Below the pieces are notes generated by a model. That model saw nothing but the letters and a program-made list of their open reading frames with translations. It was not told where the DNA came from and did no database searches. From Phallusia mammillata (taxonomy: Eukaryota), in contig OZ281497.1 in NCBI GenBank assembly GCA_965637545.1, forward strand, positions 18,910,001-18,974,000: 64,000 nt of DNA, in the 5' to 3' direction. Position 1 is the stretch's first letter, and every line of letters begins with the position of its first letter. Below, in pieces: positions 11,311 through 22,696 of this stretch. Both the position numbers and the translations under genes were made by a program.

Positions 11311-13981
11311 GGTCTTGTCCAACAGTTTTTTGTTCAACGGCTCCAGTCTCTTGGTGAAAGACTCTTTGTCAAACTGGAAGGACAGGTTGGTAGATTTGTT
11401 AATTAGCGACTTTGTTCATGTTTTTGTTAAGGCTGTTATCGAAACAAGGAAGCGTTTTCGCACCCTTAGGTTTTTGTGGAAATATGAAAAGGCGTTTCTT
11501 TGACTAGTCTCGTATCCAATAAGATGTGATGTAATTTTATTATGTATTAGACTTTAATTTTATTATGCCAAGTATTTTGTGCGGTTTGTATTTGCTGAAG
11601 TTAGTTTACCTTGTTAAAAGTTGTTGTAAGCCCCCTGTGGCATTTATGAGAACAGAACACTGTTCCAAAATTTCCTCTTGTTCATGATGTATTGAGAGCA
11701 AAAAATGCGAGTGTTTTGGCTTAGGTACCATGTATTCCCCCGTATTTAACATGTGACTTTATTTCAAAAAAGATAAAACCCATAAGGGTCCACATACAAA
11801 TTTTGTCACCATTTTCGGTTTTGTAACACATTGAGCCATTGACTTTGTAAGTTTATAGTTAAAGCTTATAGATTGTACACGTTTTGTTTTAACAATTCTG
11901 TTAAAGTCTTAGCACAGCACATGTCCCTTTATATTTATTTATTTTTTCTGGTCAAGGTTGTGGTTGTTCTAACAAAGACTGTAATTGTATCTCAACATGC
12001 ATTAAATTGTTTTTTGTCAGTAACATGGCTGTTAACTGTTTAAGATAACAATTTGATAAAGACAAAGGTGTATTTACTGTATATTTGTCAGTTCATTCAG
12101 ATTTTGATCATGTTATAATCTTAACATATTGTGAAATCCAAAAAATTTGTTGGTAATATTTTCCAACTATTTTCCAACTATTTTGAATGCTGCAAAGCCA
12201 CAAATTTACATTCAAGACATACCAATGTTTTATTCACCGAAACAGTACACCACAATACCACCTTTTGGTAATATTTTGGTTTTGTATAAAACAGAATCAG
12301 TTAACTATTCATTGTCTTCATAAAATGCTTACCATTACTTGCATTTCATTGTGTAAGTGACAGACAGTTCATCTTATAGGGCGTGTATCTTAGCCTAGTC
12401 CAGTTTTGTCTGGAAATTCAGTTTCTGCCCAAACCTTGTGTGTCTGGTTTGGTGCATATCTAAACTATATTTATCTCATATATACTTGTTGCAAAGTCAA
12501 AGTTTAAATGAATTCATGAGCTTTAAGGGTTAAGCTGATTTTTTTTAATGTGTTGTATTTTACCAAAGGGTGACTTTTTTTACTTGCAATTGCCTAATAG
12601 ACTAACCATATAATTGTTAAATAATAATAACCCATACTTGTTTCAAATCTGGACTTCTATCTAAAAAGTGACTCAGATGAGAGTGTACTGTAACCGTTTT
12701 TAATTTGTCTGCCCTTATTAGGCAATAACTGACCTTATGACATTAGTAACCTCTCTGTGCTGTATTTTACTGATGACATTACCAAGTAAAATGCATAAAT
12801 TTTGCTTTGCCAAGTTGTGTTTTTTGGCACAATTTATAGAGGTAATATTTTACAGGAAATTTGGTATTTTTTCTGACTTGCAGACTTTAAGTACACTAAT
12901 TGTATTAAACCATGTTTATTATGAAATTGTCAGCTATGTTAATGCCGCCTGAATATCTTTATGTTCAAACTGATGACCTTTAAAAATGAATATGGGCATA
13001 TGGTAAACCATTGTTATTCACTGATTTTGTGACATGCCATGACACCTAGCCATCCATTAGAGTCACATAAACATTGGATGGTCAATCATTTACTAATTTT
13101 TGGCATATTTGTCTTCACGGTGCAACTCAATAAACACTAGATAAAGCTTCTGCCCTTCTTTCAACAGTAAAAAATATGATTAATACATCATAGTTATAAT
13201 GGCTTTATACATGAAAAATTTGGGACGAACATAGCAAATTGGCTTCTAGGGGCAAAACAAGACAAGTAAAAGTGCAACAAGAACCTGGATGTATTTGAGG
13301 ACTGCTTAGGTGCATATGACATCATTACAATGCCCCCAAAGGAGAATTAACAATGGTCTTTTTAAATTATACATGAGCTTTTGTTCTGTTCAGCAAAATC
13401 AAGCTGTCAAAAGCCTAACAACCCAATACAAAACTAAATTGTATTGTTTTAAGTGTTACATCTTTAACTGAGTAAAATGTTTGGGGTAAATTTAATCCCT
13501 AATACATAAATGTATGGCTCAAATGTGAAAGTCATGTAACACAGTTTTTTATGAGGTACTGTGTTGTTGTAACAGCCTGATAAAACTTTTACATCTAGTT
13601 CAATACCGCTTTTTAGTTGTACCTTATAAAGTGTGATTCAAGCAGCTTTTTTGAATATCAACTAAAACTATTTTTTGTGCTGTTAAACACTTTTTGATAA
13701 TGTAAGAAACTGTACTGGTGCCTGAACTGTATGAAAATTGCTTACTTGTTTTGGTCGTCAAAATTAAACCTTAAAATAGCACCAAAACTAGACCATGTAA
13801 AACCTTGATCTGTCACTCCCTTTACTGGTTGTTGTTTTCAAATTAATTGCTGGTGGTAGAGGCGTATGAAGTCAGTACTTGCATGTTTTGTTGGATATAA
13901 ATACTAAAGGTGTTTTTTAAGGTGCCAGCAAGTAGAACCACAATTAACTAATCCTAGGCAAAACTTGATCTGGTACCAAAC

Positions 13982-15740
13982 ATGGCTAGTTCCAGCAGTT
14001 CAAAAAGTGAATTTATCGTCGGAGGGAAATACCGCCTTGTGCGAAAAATTGGAAGTGGATCATTTGGTGATATTTACTTGGGAATAAATATTGCCAATGG
14101 AGAAGAAGTTGCTGTTAAGTTGGAATCACAGAAAGCTAGGCACCCACAACTTCTCTATGAAAGCAAAGTGTACAAAATCTTACAGGCTGGAGTTGGCATT
14201 CCTCACATTAGATGGTATGGCCAAGAGCGTGATTACAACGTCCTTGTCATGGACCTCCTTGGTCCAAGCTTGGAAGATTTGTTCAACTTTTGCTCCAGAA
14301 GATTCACGATGAAAACAGTTCTGATGCTGGCCGATCAGATGATAAGCAGAATTGAATATGTCCACAACAAGAATTTTATCCATAGAGACATTAAGCCTGA
14401 CAACTTCCTCATGGGAATTGGTCGTCACTGCAACAAGCTCTTTCTCATTGACTTTGGCCTGGCTAAAAAATATAGAGACAGTCGCACACGCCAGCATATT
14501 CCTTATCGGGAGGATAAAAATCTCACTGGCACAGCTAGATATGCTTCTATCAATGCTCATCTTGGAATTGAGCAAAGTCGCCGTGACGACATGGAATCCC
14601 TTGGATATGTCTTGATGTATTTTAACCGCACCTCATTGCCATGGCAAGGTCTGAAGGCTGCCACCAAGAAACAAAAGTATGAAAGAATCAGCGAAAAGAA
14701 AATGTCTACACCAGTTGAGGTAAGCATGCACACACAACTGCTAGTCCATGCACAATTTAGGCGTGTACAAAACATAGTAAAATCGCTATGCATTAAAGGT
14801 AGGCCAGTTTAAATAGGCAACTGTGGTATGTGTTTGTGATGCTCGCATTATATTTGCACTGATATAATGTAGTGTTATAAGATAATGGCAACAATGGTAT
14901 ACTTTAACTTCTAACATTAACATAAATGGTTACTTTTGTATAAAATAGTCAGTTTGTCATTTTTTTCAGCTTTTACATTAAGTCCAAGTAACCATTGCTA
15001 CATTCCATGTGTTTAAACAGGTTTTTGTAGTTTTTAGTACAATTGTGTGGATTTTTAACTTGCATAGCAGAATAATCTAGTGCCCCACAAGCTGTGCTTG
15101 TCTTACTTTTCAATCAATATATCAATCAAGGTTTAACAATGGTAGCAGCTGTTCCACAACATAGTAGGCTTTGGAAAATTTTACTAAATTTATAACACCT
15201 TTACAAATAAACAAGGAAAAAAATCTAAAGGAGAAAATGAAAATCAGTTGATTTACTTTTTATAAATAGAATAACATTTCTTGGTAGCCATATGAACTAG
15301 TGATTGATGCTTTGAAATATTTAGACATTATCCTTTTTAGGTGTTGTGCAAAGGATTTCCTGCAGAGTTTGCCATGTATCTGAACTACTGCCGTGGACTG
15401 CGCTTTGAAGAGGCTCCAGATTACATGTACTTGAGACAGGTGGGCATTTGTGCTGTATTGTCATCTATGACCTGTGCCCCTGGGCAATGGTGATGATGTG
15501 TTTACATGCTTGACCTTAAATTTTTTCTCCGTATTCTCACAGCTTTTCCGCATCCTTTTCCGGACCCTAAACCACCAGTATGACTACATCTTTGACTGGA
15601 CCATGCTAAAGCAGAAAGCAGCCGCTGCCGCCACTTCATCCACTGTGACACCCACCGGCCCTACCAAGCACAATGCCCAGCACACATCACATCATCACCA
15701 TGTTTCCACCCAGGACAAGTCGCGGCCAAAGGCCTACTAG
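13982..15740 (+). CDS. CSNK1A1: Casein kinase I alpha
   Basis: Exons 13982-14719, 15341-15439 and 15543-15740, all joined in phase 0 with GT-AG. The protein is near-identical to chordate CK1alpha: [55 protein letters not shown]; C-terminus [10 protein letters not shown]. Confidence 0.97.
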
Positions 15741-16379
15741 AAGTATTGTAACTTTCTTTCAGGTTATTTTTTGGGTATGGTAGTGTAAAGTCATTCTACT
15801 GACTCCAATCTTTTTGAAACAATGGTTTGCATTTACTTAATTTCTGTTAATCCACACTGTTGCATGTTTGTATTTATCGTTCATAACAAGTTAATAAATG
15901 TGCTACTTGAATGTTGTTTGGGTCAAATGCTAATTTCAATTGGTCATGGTAAGAGTTGAGGCGACACTTTCCTTCTTTCTTTGTGTTTTATGTACATTGT
16001 CATTTGTTAAACTGTACCTGTAAGTAACCTTGTAACGTTAGGTTTTTATTCATTTATTTGTGGTCAGTTCTGGCTGATGTTACTTGTTTCAGTTTTTTCT
16101 AGTCTTCGATTCGGCAAACTGTTCTATAGCATAAAAGTTTTTAAGAGTGTGACAAGGCCTATGGATAACATTTGACTTGCAGGTTTTGTTTATCCTTTGT
16201 ACAGAAGTGATTGGGTCAAATGGATATTGCCTGTAGTGTTGATTGGAAATTGACACATCTGTTGTTAAGTTTGGGCGAACAAAAACGGACGATTAAGCGA
16301 TGTTTTATGTCCTTGTTGGTTTATGCTTGGTGGCATTTTAATTTGTTAACACACGACCTTGTAATTGTGTGGGTTGATT

Positions 16380-17780
16380 AAGCTAATCCCATTCACTGAG
16401 GAACGAATTTTCATTAAACAACGTCCGGCAAGTGGCACTAATGTGATACTGGTTTTAAGCCCGACTTAATTCGACAAAACTACAGGGCCGTTATGGTCAT
16501 GTCGCCTTTGCATTAAGTGCCTGCCACAAGAACCACTGACAACACAGTTTTTACGACTCTGCAAGAACCGACAACGTTTTGTGTGATGTTTTACGATGCT
16601 GTCGCCAATACAAAACCAAGTGACAACGAAATGACCATTTTTGGTAGCGCACCGGCCAGTATTGTTTTGAAAAGATTGTCCATTGTTCAGTCGTTGCGCT
16701 GTAGGCCTCCGTCCAATAAGTTCGGTTGACTTGTCTCCAGGAGGGTTGGTGCGCCTTTTGTTTGACCGTGCGCAGTTCGGTGCCAATCGATAAGCAAATT
16801 ATTAAGTGCCAGCGGTACCCGGGAGACACGTATTGTGTGACGTCACTATCCACCCACACACCCACAATTACGCGTTGAATTATTTCGGCCTTTGGTGGAA
16901 AATTGCAGTTCCAGTCGAAACAGCCCACTCTGTGCGGGAAGATTTGTTGTTTGCTGTCAGCACTTCACCACACGGACCGGCCTACGTGCCAGTCACAAGA
17001 CAACAAGGTGTTTATTTGCGTGGGTTAAACTCGACTTGCAGATCAAAGCTTATCAGTCACTTGTCAATGTGCAACTTGTTGAAAGCCGGTATTCTGTTGC
17101 AATTAACCAGTCTATTCAATGAATGATGCAATTTTATCAGCCTTTGTCCGTTGAATACCTACTGAAAGCATAGCGCTTTGTTGCTCGTGCTTCAGTTAGG
17201 TGGGCAGGGGCCAGCGAAAATCGACGTCCAAGGCAGAACAAACGCTTGCGGTCTCGAGAGACCAAGCGTTCCTCCACGCCTAAATGACTTTCACGGAGGG
17301 AGGTCACTTGACACGACTGAAAATTTCCTACGACGCCCTGAGATGCCTGGCGTGTTTAGTGGCCGGTGTCAGTTACAGGATTTTTAAAGATCCGCCTGGC
17401 ACATACACAATGGACGGCATGAAAAATGTTTGTTCGCCGCCCAGCACTAGCGCTTGTGAACATCGAGCTACAGCCAGGCACTAATGCGTCGCCATCGCTA
17501 CGTGTTTATTGTAGTCACGCGATGTCTGATGACAAACAGCTGACGTACAGGACTGGCTGGCATTGTGTAACAGCAGTAAGCGTTGTGCATACATATTCCA
17601 ATTACTCGATGAACTGGCAATTCGTCTGTGGCGGTTTGTCGTCCCGAGGCAGTTTTTTTAAAAGCGCCAACAAAGGCGTGATGACGCATTGCTATGACAC
17701 CGGCGGCAGCAAGTGCGCTTCAAGTTGGTTCGCGACGCTTGTTAAGAGCTGTCGGGAGAATACGATTTGGTAATTGTCTG
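16380..17780. promoter_or_regulatory. Putative cis-regulatory module cluster (non-coding, GC/CpG-elevated)
   Basis: No recognisable protein in any frame. About seven YAAGTG (NK2-type) sites, plus GATA, TCF/LEF-like AGATCAAAG, Fox-like TGTTTATT, TAATCC, TGACGTCA and GC-rich Smad-like GGCG motifs. Confidence 0.4.
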
Positions 17781-19749
17781 TTGAATCCTATTTTTCTACC
17801 AGAACAAAATATAACCTCACAGCGCGTCACATCTATATAATTAACCTTTTCAACCGCAACAATGTGTTTTTGAAAAACCTGTTAAGCAACAATCGATTCC
17901 TAATCGGGTACCGCCATTTTCAAATTTGTAAATTTTTTTCAAAGTATATTTTAAGTTTCTAAAAATCACGTTTTTAATGTCTATTTGGGAATGAGTTAAA
18001 CTTCGTTCAATGCGGTGCAATATCTACAAGTAAGAATTTCGATGTAACTGAATCGCGTCACATTTCGTTGAAAGGCGACACTCCCAGCATTCGCCGCCCC
18101 TGGGGCTATAAACCGACGAGTCGTCGACACAATACCCTTGAAAGCCTAATTATCAACAGACGTGTGGAAGTAATCACGACCTACGACAGTCGCTTGAGAC
18201 CTGGAGGCTTTTGTGTCTGGTTTATAATTTGCCTGACGTATAAGTCGAAGAGATCTTCGGTTTAAGAAATCAAACCTATTTATACACTACACATATGACA
18301 ATACGAACGAATCCACACCAATACTTTGTGGACTCTATAAGCCGCAGACCTCTTTATCCTGTGACACCACATTTTAAAGAAGTTGGCGACAGTTATAACA
18401 GTTTATTGTTTGCCCCTTTCTTCGAAATAAAAGCCACGGTCGGAAGGAATGAAGTGTTTCTCGCAATAGGCTATACAATACAAAAGCATTACATAACTTA
18501 CTGAAGGGTGTCCTTGGGGAATATTTTATCTCAGCCTAAAACATTCAAATTTGTTTTCTTTGGTTTATCTGTAAACCAATCACTTCTCGCTGGTCCAAAT
18601 GACTCATCTTGTTTGACTGGAAATGGTCCCTGCAGACGTGTTGCTGTTTAGACGACCAGAAAGATAGCGGTTTACTCAATTAAATTTTGGGGGATCGAAG
18701 CGTTGCTGTTTCCAGTTTTCAAAGATTTACGTGGTCCAGAAAATAATAAAAGGTCGCGTACAAACTAACCGCTAAGTATTACAAAGCACCTTTACAAGTG
18801 TGTCAATTAAGTTATCAGTAAATTCCATCTTTAGTTCGTTCGACTACGGCAATTTATGATCTAACATATTCGGGTGATTGGCCGCAATCGGCTAACTGGC
18901 TCCAGCCCCAGCCCGGTTATTCAGTCTGCGGCGAGTACATATATCTATTTTAATGATATTCCGGTCGGTTCCGAATGTGTTTTGTGGGAACAGGGGACTC
19001 GCATGGCAAAGGAATGGCAGAAAGAAGGCTCGGCCGAAGACCAAGCTTCGAAACGCCATGTTTGGCTAAGATACGAATGCTGGGTATGACGTCACTAAAT
19101 TAGGTTAACTGTTACATATCATGATCGTAATAGGTCTGTAAACATTCTCAGGTGCTCTGTTTTGTAAGCCAGTGTTGTCCATTTAACAGATCAACTAAAC
19201 TGCTACAACTTGAGGTCAAGATTACAATAGCGATTATTAGTCTTACCAGGACCAATGAACGTCCAGATATAATCATCTCGTTGCAAAATTGATGTGGATC
19301 GATTGCTTGGTTTTTATGATTAGGGATAAAGAAAATATGGACATTTACATACATCCCAAAATGCTTGACATCATGTTAGTGTGAGACGGGCCTAAAGATT
19401 CTGCCTCACGAAAAATGACGCCAAAACAACTTTGCCCTAACACGTGTTCAACCTTTTTATGCACTGTCTTGTTAGTATTTGGAAGGTTTTAAATGGAAAC
19501 AAATGTCAGGTATTTGAAAACCCTACTGGCAGCAAACACTTCACATAATACAACAACGCTTATCCGAAAACACTGATCACATATTTTTAACGTCGGTCAC
19601 TAGATGTCGGTGCAAATACATCAGCTGTTCTGACGTCACTGTTACGCTCGACTGGTTAAATGCTCGCATGAACAGCGATGGTTTTGTACTGTTATGCAAC
19701 TAGGTCATACCTGTTATCTTCATTTGAGCGATTATAGAACGGTGACTAT

Positions 19750-20776
19750 ATGTTTACAGGTAAACAAATAATAAAGCGCTTTTCATGTGACACGTAGTAA
19801 ACGAAAGTCGAGTGGTTAGACTGCAAATTAGAAAGGATTTCGTCAAACATTAATGGTAATATCTTCTACAGAATCTAAAGGTGATATGCATAAATCTCAT
19901 AAAATAGTGTGTAAATGCTGGGCAGTTTTGTTGCATACAAAACCACATGGATCTGATTGCTTTACAAAAAGTCTGCAAGCTCTTAGCAAAAGACAATTGT
20001 ATGGAGTATCTTTAAAAAGAACTGAAATATTAATATTTGGTAGTGAAAAAACTGCAAGATGGTTTTCATCAGCTGTAGAGTCCAAAAACTACTACGATGT
20101 GTTGGGTATTAGAAAGGAATCAACCCTAAAAGAAATAAAATCTGCGTTTTATGAAAAATCTAAGCTACTTCATCCAGATACAAATGTTGATGCAGGAGAT
20201 GCTCACATTCAAGCTTTTATTGAACTTAAATCAGCCTATGAAATTCTCAGTTGCAATCCCACTCGTGCTGAATATGACAATTATTTAACCTCATTAGAAA
20301 AATCGAAGTTAAGTTTTGATGAATGGAAGTTGACTTACAAAACAGATCATCGGAGCACTGTAGGTAAACAGTACAAATCAGAACATGATTCACAATGGCA
20401 TGAAGGAAGCGATATGCAGTGGAAAGATTTTACCATTTGGGACTTGTGTTTGGTTTTGATTCTCATCGGGATGGTGGTCTTCGTTATTCGAACCGAAGAT
20501 AAACTTAAACATATTCGCCACTTTCGAACTAAAATGCATGAATCAAAATATGATCAAAGAGCAATTAATCATTTGGTTTTGCCTGCGCATATTCGAAAAG
20601 GTGCTGAGCATAAAGAGTCACTGAAAACAAGTGAGCCCACTGAAGAAAAGGTTTTTGATGAAATTCGACGCACTGGTCAGGTTTCAGATGATGCAATACA
20701 AGCTTTAAAAGATACCAAAGACAATTGTAGTGACAAGAATGGTGCAACAAAGATAAATCTTCAAACCTGGTCATAA
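19750..20776 (+). CDS. DnaJ/Hsp40 type C protein, probably mitochondrial with one TM helix (DNAJC4/DNAJC30-like)
   Basis: J domain NYYDVLGI...KEIKSAFYEKSKLLHPD...AYEILS...RAEYD, a presequence-like N-terminus ending ARWFSS, and TM WDLCLVLILIGMVVFVI. A likely 10-nt first coding exon (ATG 19750, donor 19760) splices in frame to 19872. The ORF-track start 19853 lies in that intron, and ATG 19886 is an alternative start. Confidence 0.85.
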
Positions 20777-21023
20777 CTAATGTTTTATGTTGTGTTTTCA
20801 AATGTCACTGTGACTCTATGTTGTTGGTTGATAAGCTTTTACTCTTTGCAATGTGTTCTCTGTTCTAAGCAACTGAATAAAGAATTGTTTCGAACCCTAT
20901 GTCTACAAGTAGAAAACACATGAATTGCATGAAATGTTTATTGGACTATTTAGTTTTTGAACCAACACATACTTGCAAAAATCCAACTGTTAGAACATAA
21001 ATACCGGAAAAACTGTCCATCTT

Positions 21024-22165
21024 CTATTTTAAATGATTAAATAAAGTTTTGGCAACCTAAATAAAGAAAGAAAAATCAAGATTACACAACTCATGACAGT
21101 CCTATTTTAAGTTTACTTACACAATGGTCCGAACAGTGAAGAAAATCAAAAAATTCCTGAGTGCAATGTTCTTCAGTTTGACTTCGACTAGAAACTCTTT
21201 CTGTACATGCACTTAATTCATCTTTGTATCCCTTGCATGAGTCAGAATTACTGCACTTTTCTTTCAAAGTATCATGTGGATCCTGAATGCCAAACACATA
21301 TTTGAGATTTCATACTACAAGTTACTGGTAAGAATGTAAATTAAATGCAAGCTATTTTGGTTGGGGTGATGGTTTAAATTACACAACAATCTGGTATTAT
21401 TTAATCTTGTTGGCGCTAATATCTTCCATATAGTGACGTAATAAAGCATTTGTTTTGTGTTGTAATGGTTATAATGGAACACAAAGTAAATTTAAACTGA
21501 ATGGTTTGACTGTGTTTTTTTTGCTTGTACATATTTTCATTTTGTTATTGCTGACAAACATTTACTTTTTAATACTTATCAAAAGGCCTTCGACCCCCAG
21601 TAAAATGGCAAATACCCCCAAGAGGGTCAAGACCCAATGGTTTAGTTTAGTACCATCGGTCAAAATGCAGGATAATATGAGATTTATAACCCCCTTTTAT
21701 GTTGCTGATTACTGTCAACAAAAGTGCACACAAAAAATAATGCCACCAAACAACCTTTTACATTACGAATAAAAGGAGTTTAAAAAAATGCCATGATCAG
21801 TACCACAAGGTCTTCCTCGTCTTCTTCGTCCTCATCATCATCATCTTCATTTTCTTCCTCTTCCTAAGGAATATGTATACTAATTGTCTATTGTTAGACC
21901 TCAAATTAAAAAAAAACACAGATGTAATATGGTCCTCAGAGGTAGCATGTTGACGTAGTCATTATAAACCAGTTCTTTCAAACAAGTAACAAATACAATA
22001 CAATCGACAAAAACGAATTAACATGTTCATTGATATTTTTTTAAAGTGGGGATTGTCGCATTTCAGGCATTTAAACCATGACAGATATTGCCTTTTCTTT
22101 GTAGTTTTATCACGACTTACTTCTGGATCTTCGCCCAACATTGCGTTTCTTTCTTCCAAGGTCAT
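21024..22165 (-). CDS. UQCRH: Cytochrome b-c1 complex subunit 6 (hinge protein)
   Basis: Four exons read as MTLEERNAMLGEDPE | EEEENEDDDDEDEEDEEDLV | DPHDTLKEKC...CTERVSSRSQTEEHCTQEFFDFLHCSDHC | VAKTLFNHLK* (last exon 21056-21024). This matches the human layout MGLEDEQKML...[39 protein letters not shown]. Confidence 0.96.
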
Positions 22166-22696
22166 CTTTGGCCAATCGTTGCGTTAGTTACGAACATAAA
22201 CCACTTTCACGACCAACAAGGTGTATTTCGAAAATAAGATTTTTCAAGGTGGTTGCATGAGACACTTTTACCAAACCAGTATAGAACTTATTTTTCATTA
22301 TTTGTGTTTTCCAGGCATGTTTTCTTTACTGTAAATAAACACAAGTAAAAAAATATTTTAGTTATGTATTTGCAAACGCTTTTAGCAGATTGTACTGAAA
22401 TTAACAAATACAAAGAAGACAATCGTTTTCCCCAGTTTCGGTTATGATCTCTATCGAAGTCGTACTACCAACGTTGGTCATGCGTATCACCGAACTTCAC
22501 CGCCAAGAAAATGAATGTGGATGAGTGAACTTTTTGCATGAAAGTTGCGGTTTATACTAAGGGATTTTCACTGTGTTTCAGGTACAAAAGTTTGGCGTTA
22601 CCAACGCCGACTTTTTTAGTTTTGGATGGTGCTGGTATAAACGTAACATACTGACCTAAATGCATAAATAGTTAGGTTGTTGTTGACGTACATAAG
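22166..22696. promoter_or_regulatory. Bidirectional promoter region UQCRH / ICE1
   Basis: The two start codons diverge with only ~530 bp between them, so both promoters must lie within or overlap this interval. Confidence 0.65.

Noticed and set aside
18557-18580. miR-9-like TCTTTGGTT start
   Set aside because: Similarity breaks after 9 nt and no pre-miRNA-length hairpin can be formed.
18563-18660. THAP-like HVCRDHF peptide on the minus strand
   Set aside because: An in-frame stop lies a few codons upstream, and neither the N-terminal CxxxC nor the AVP motif was found.
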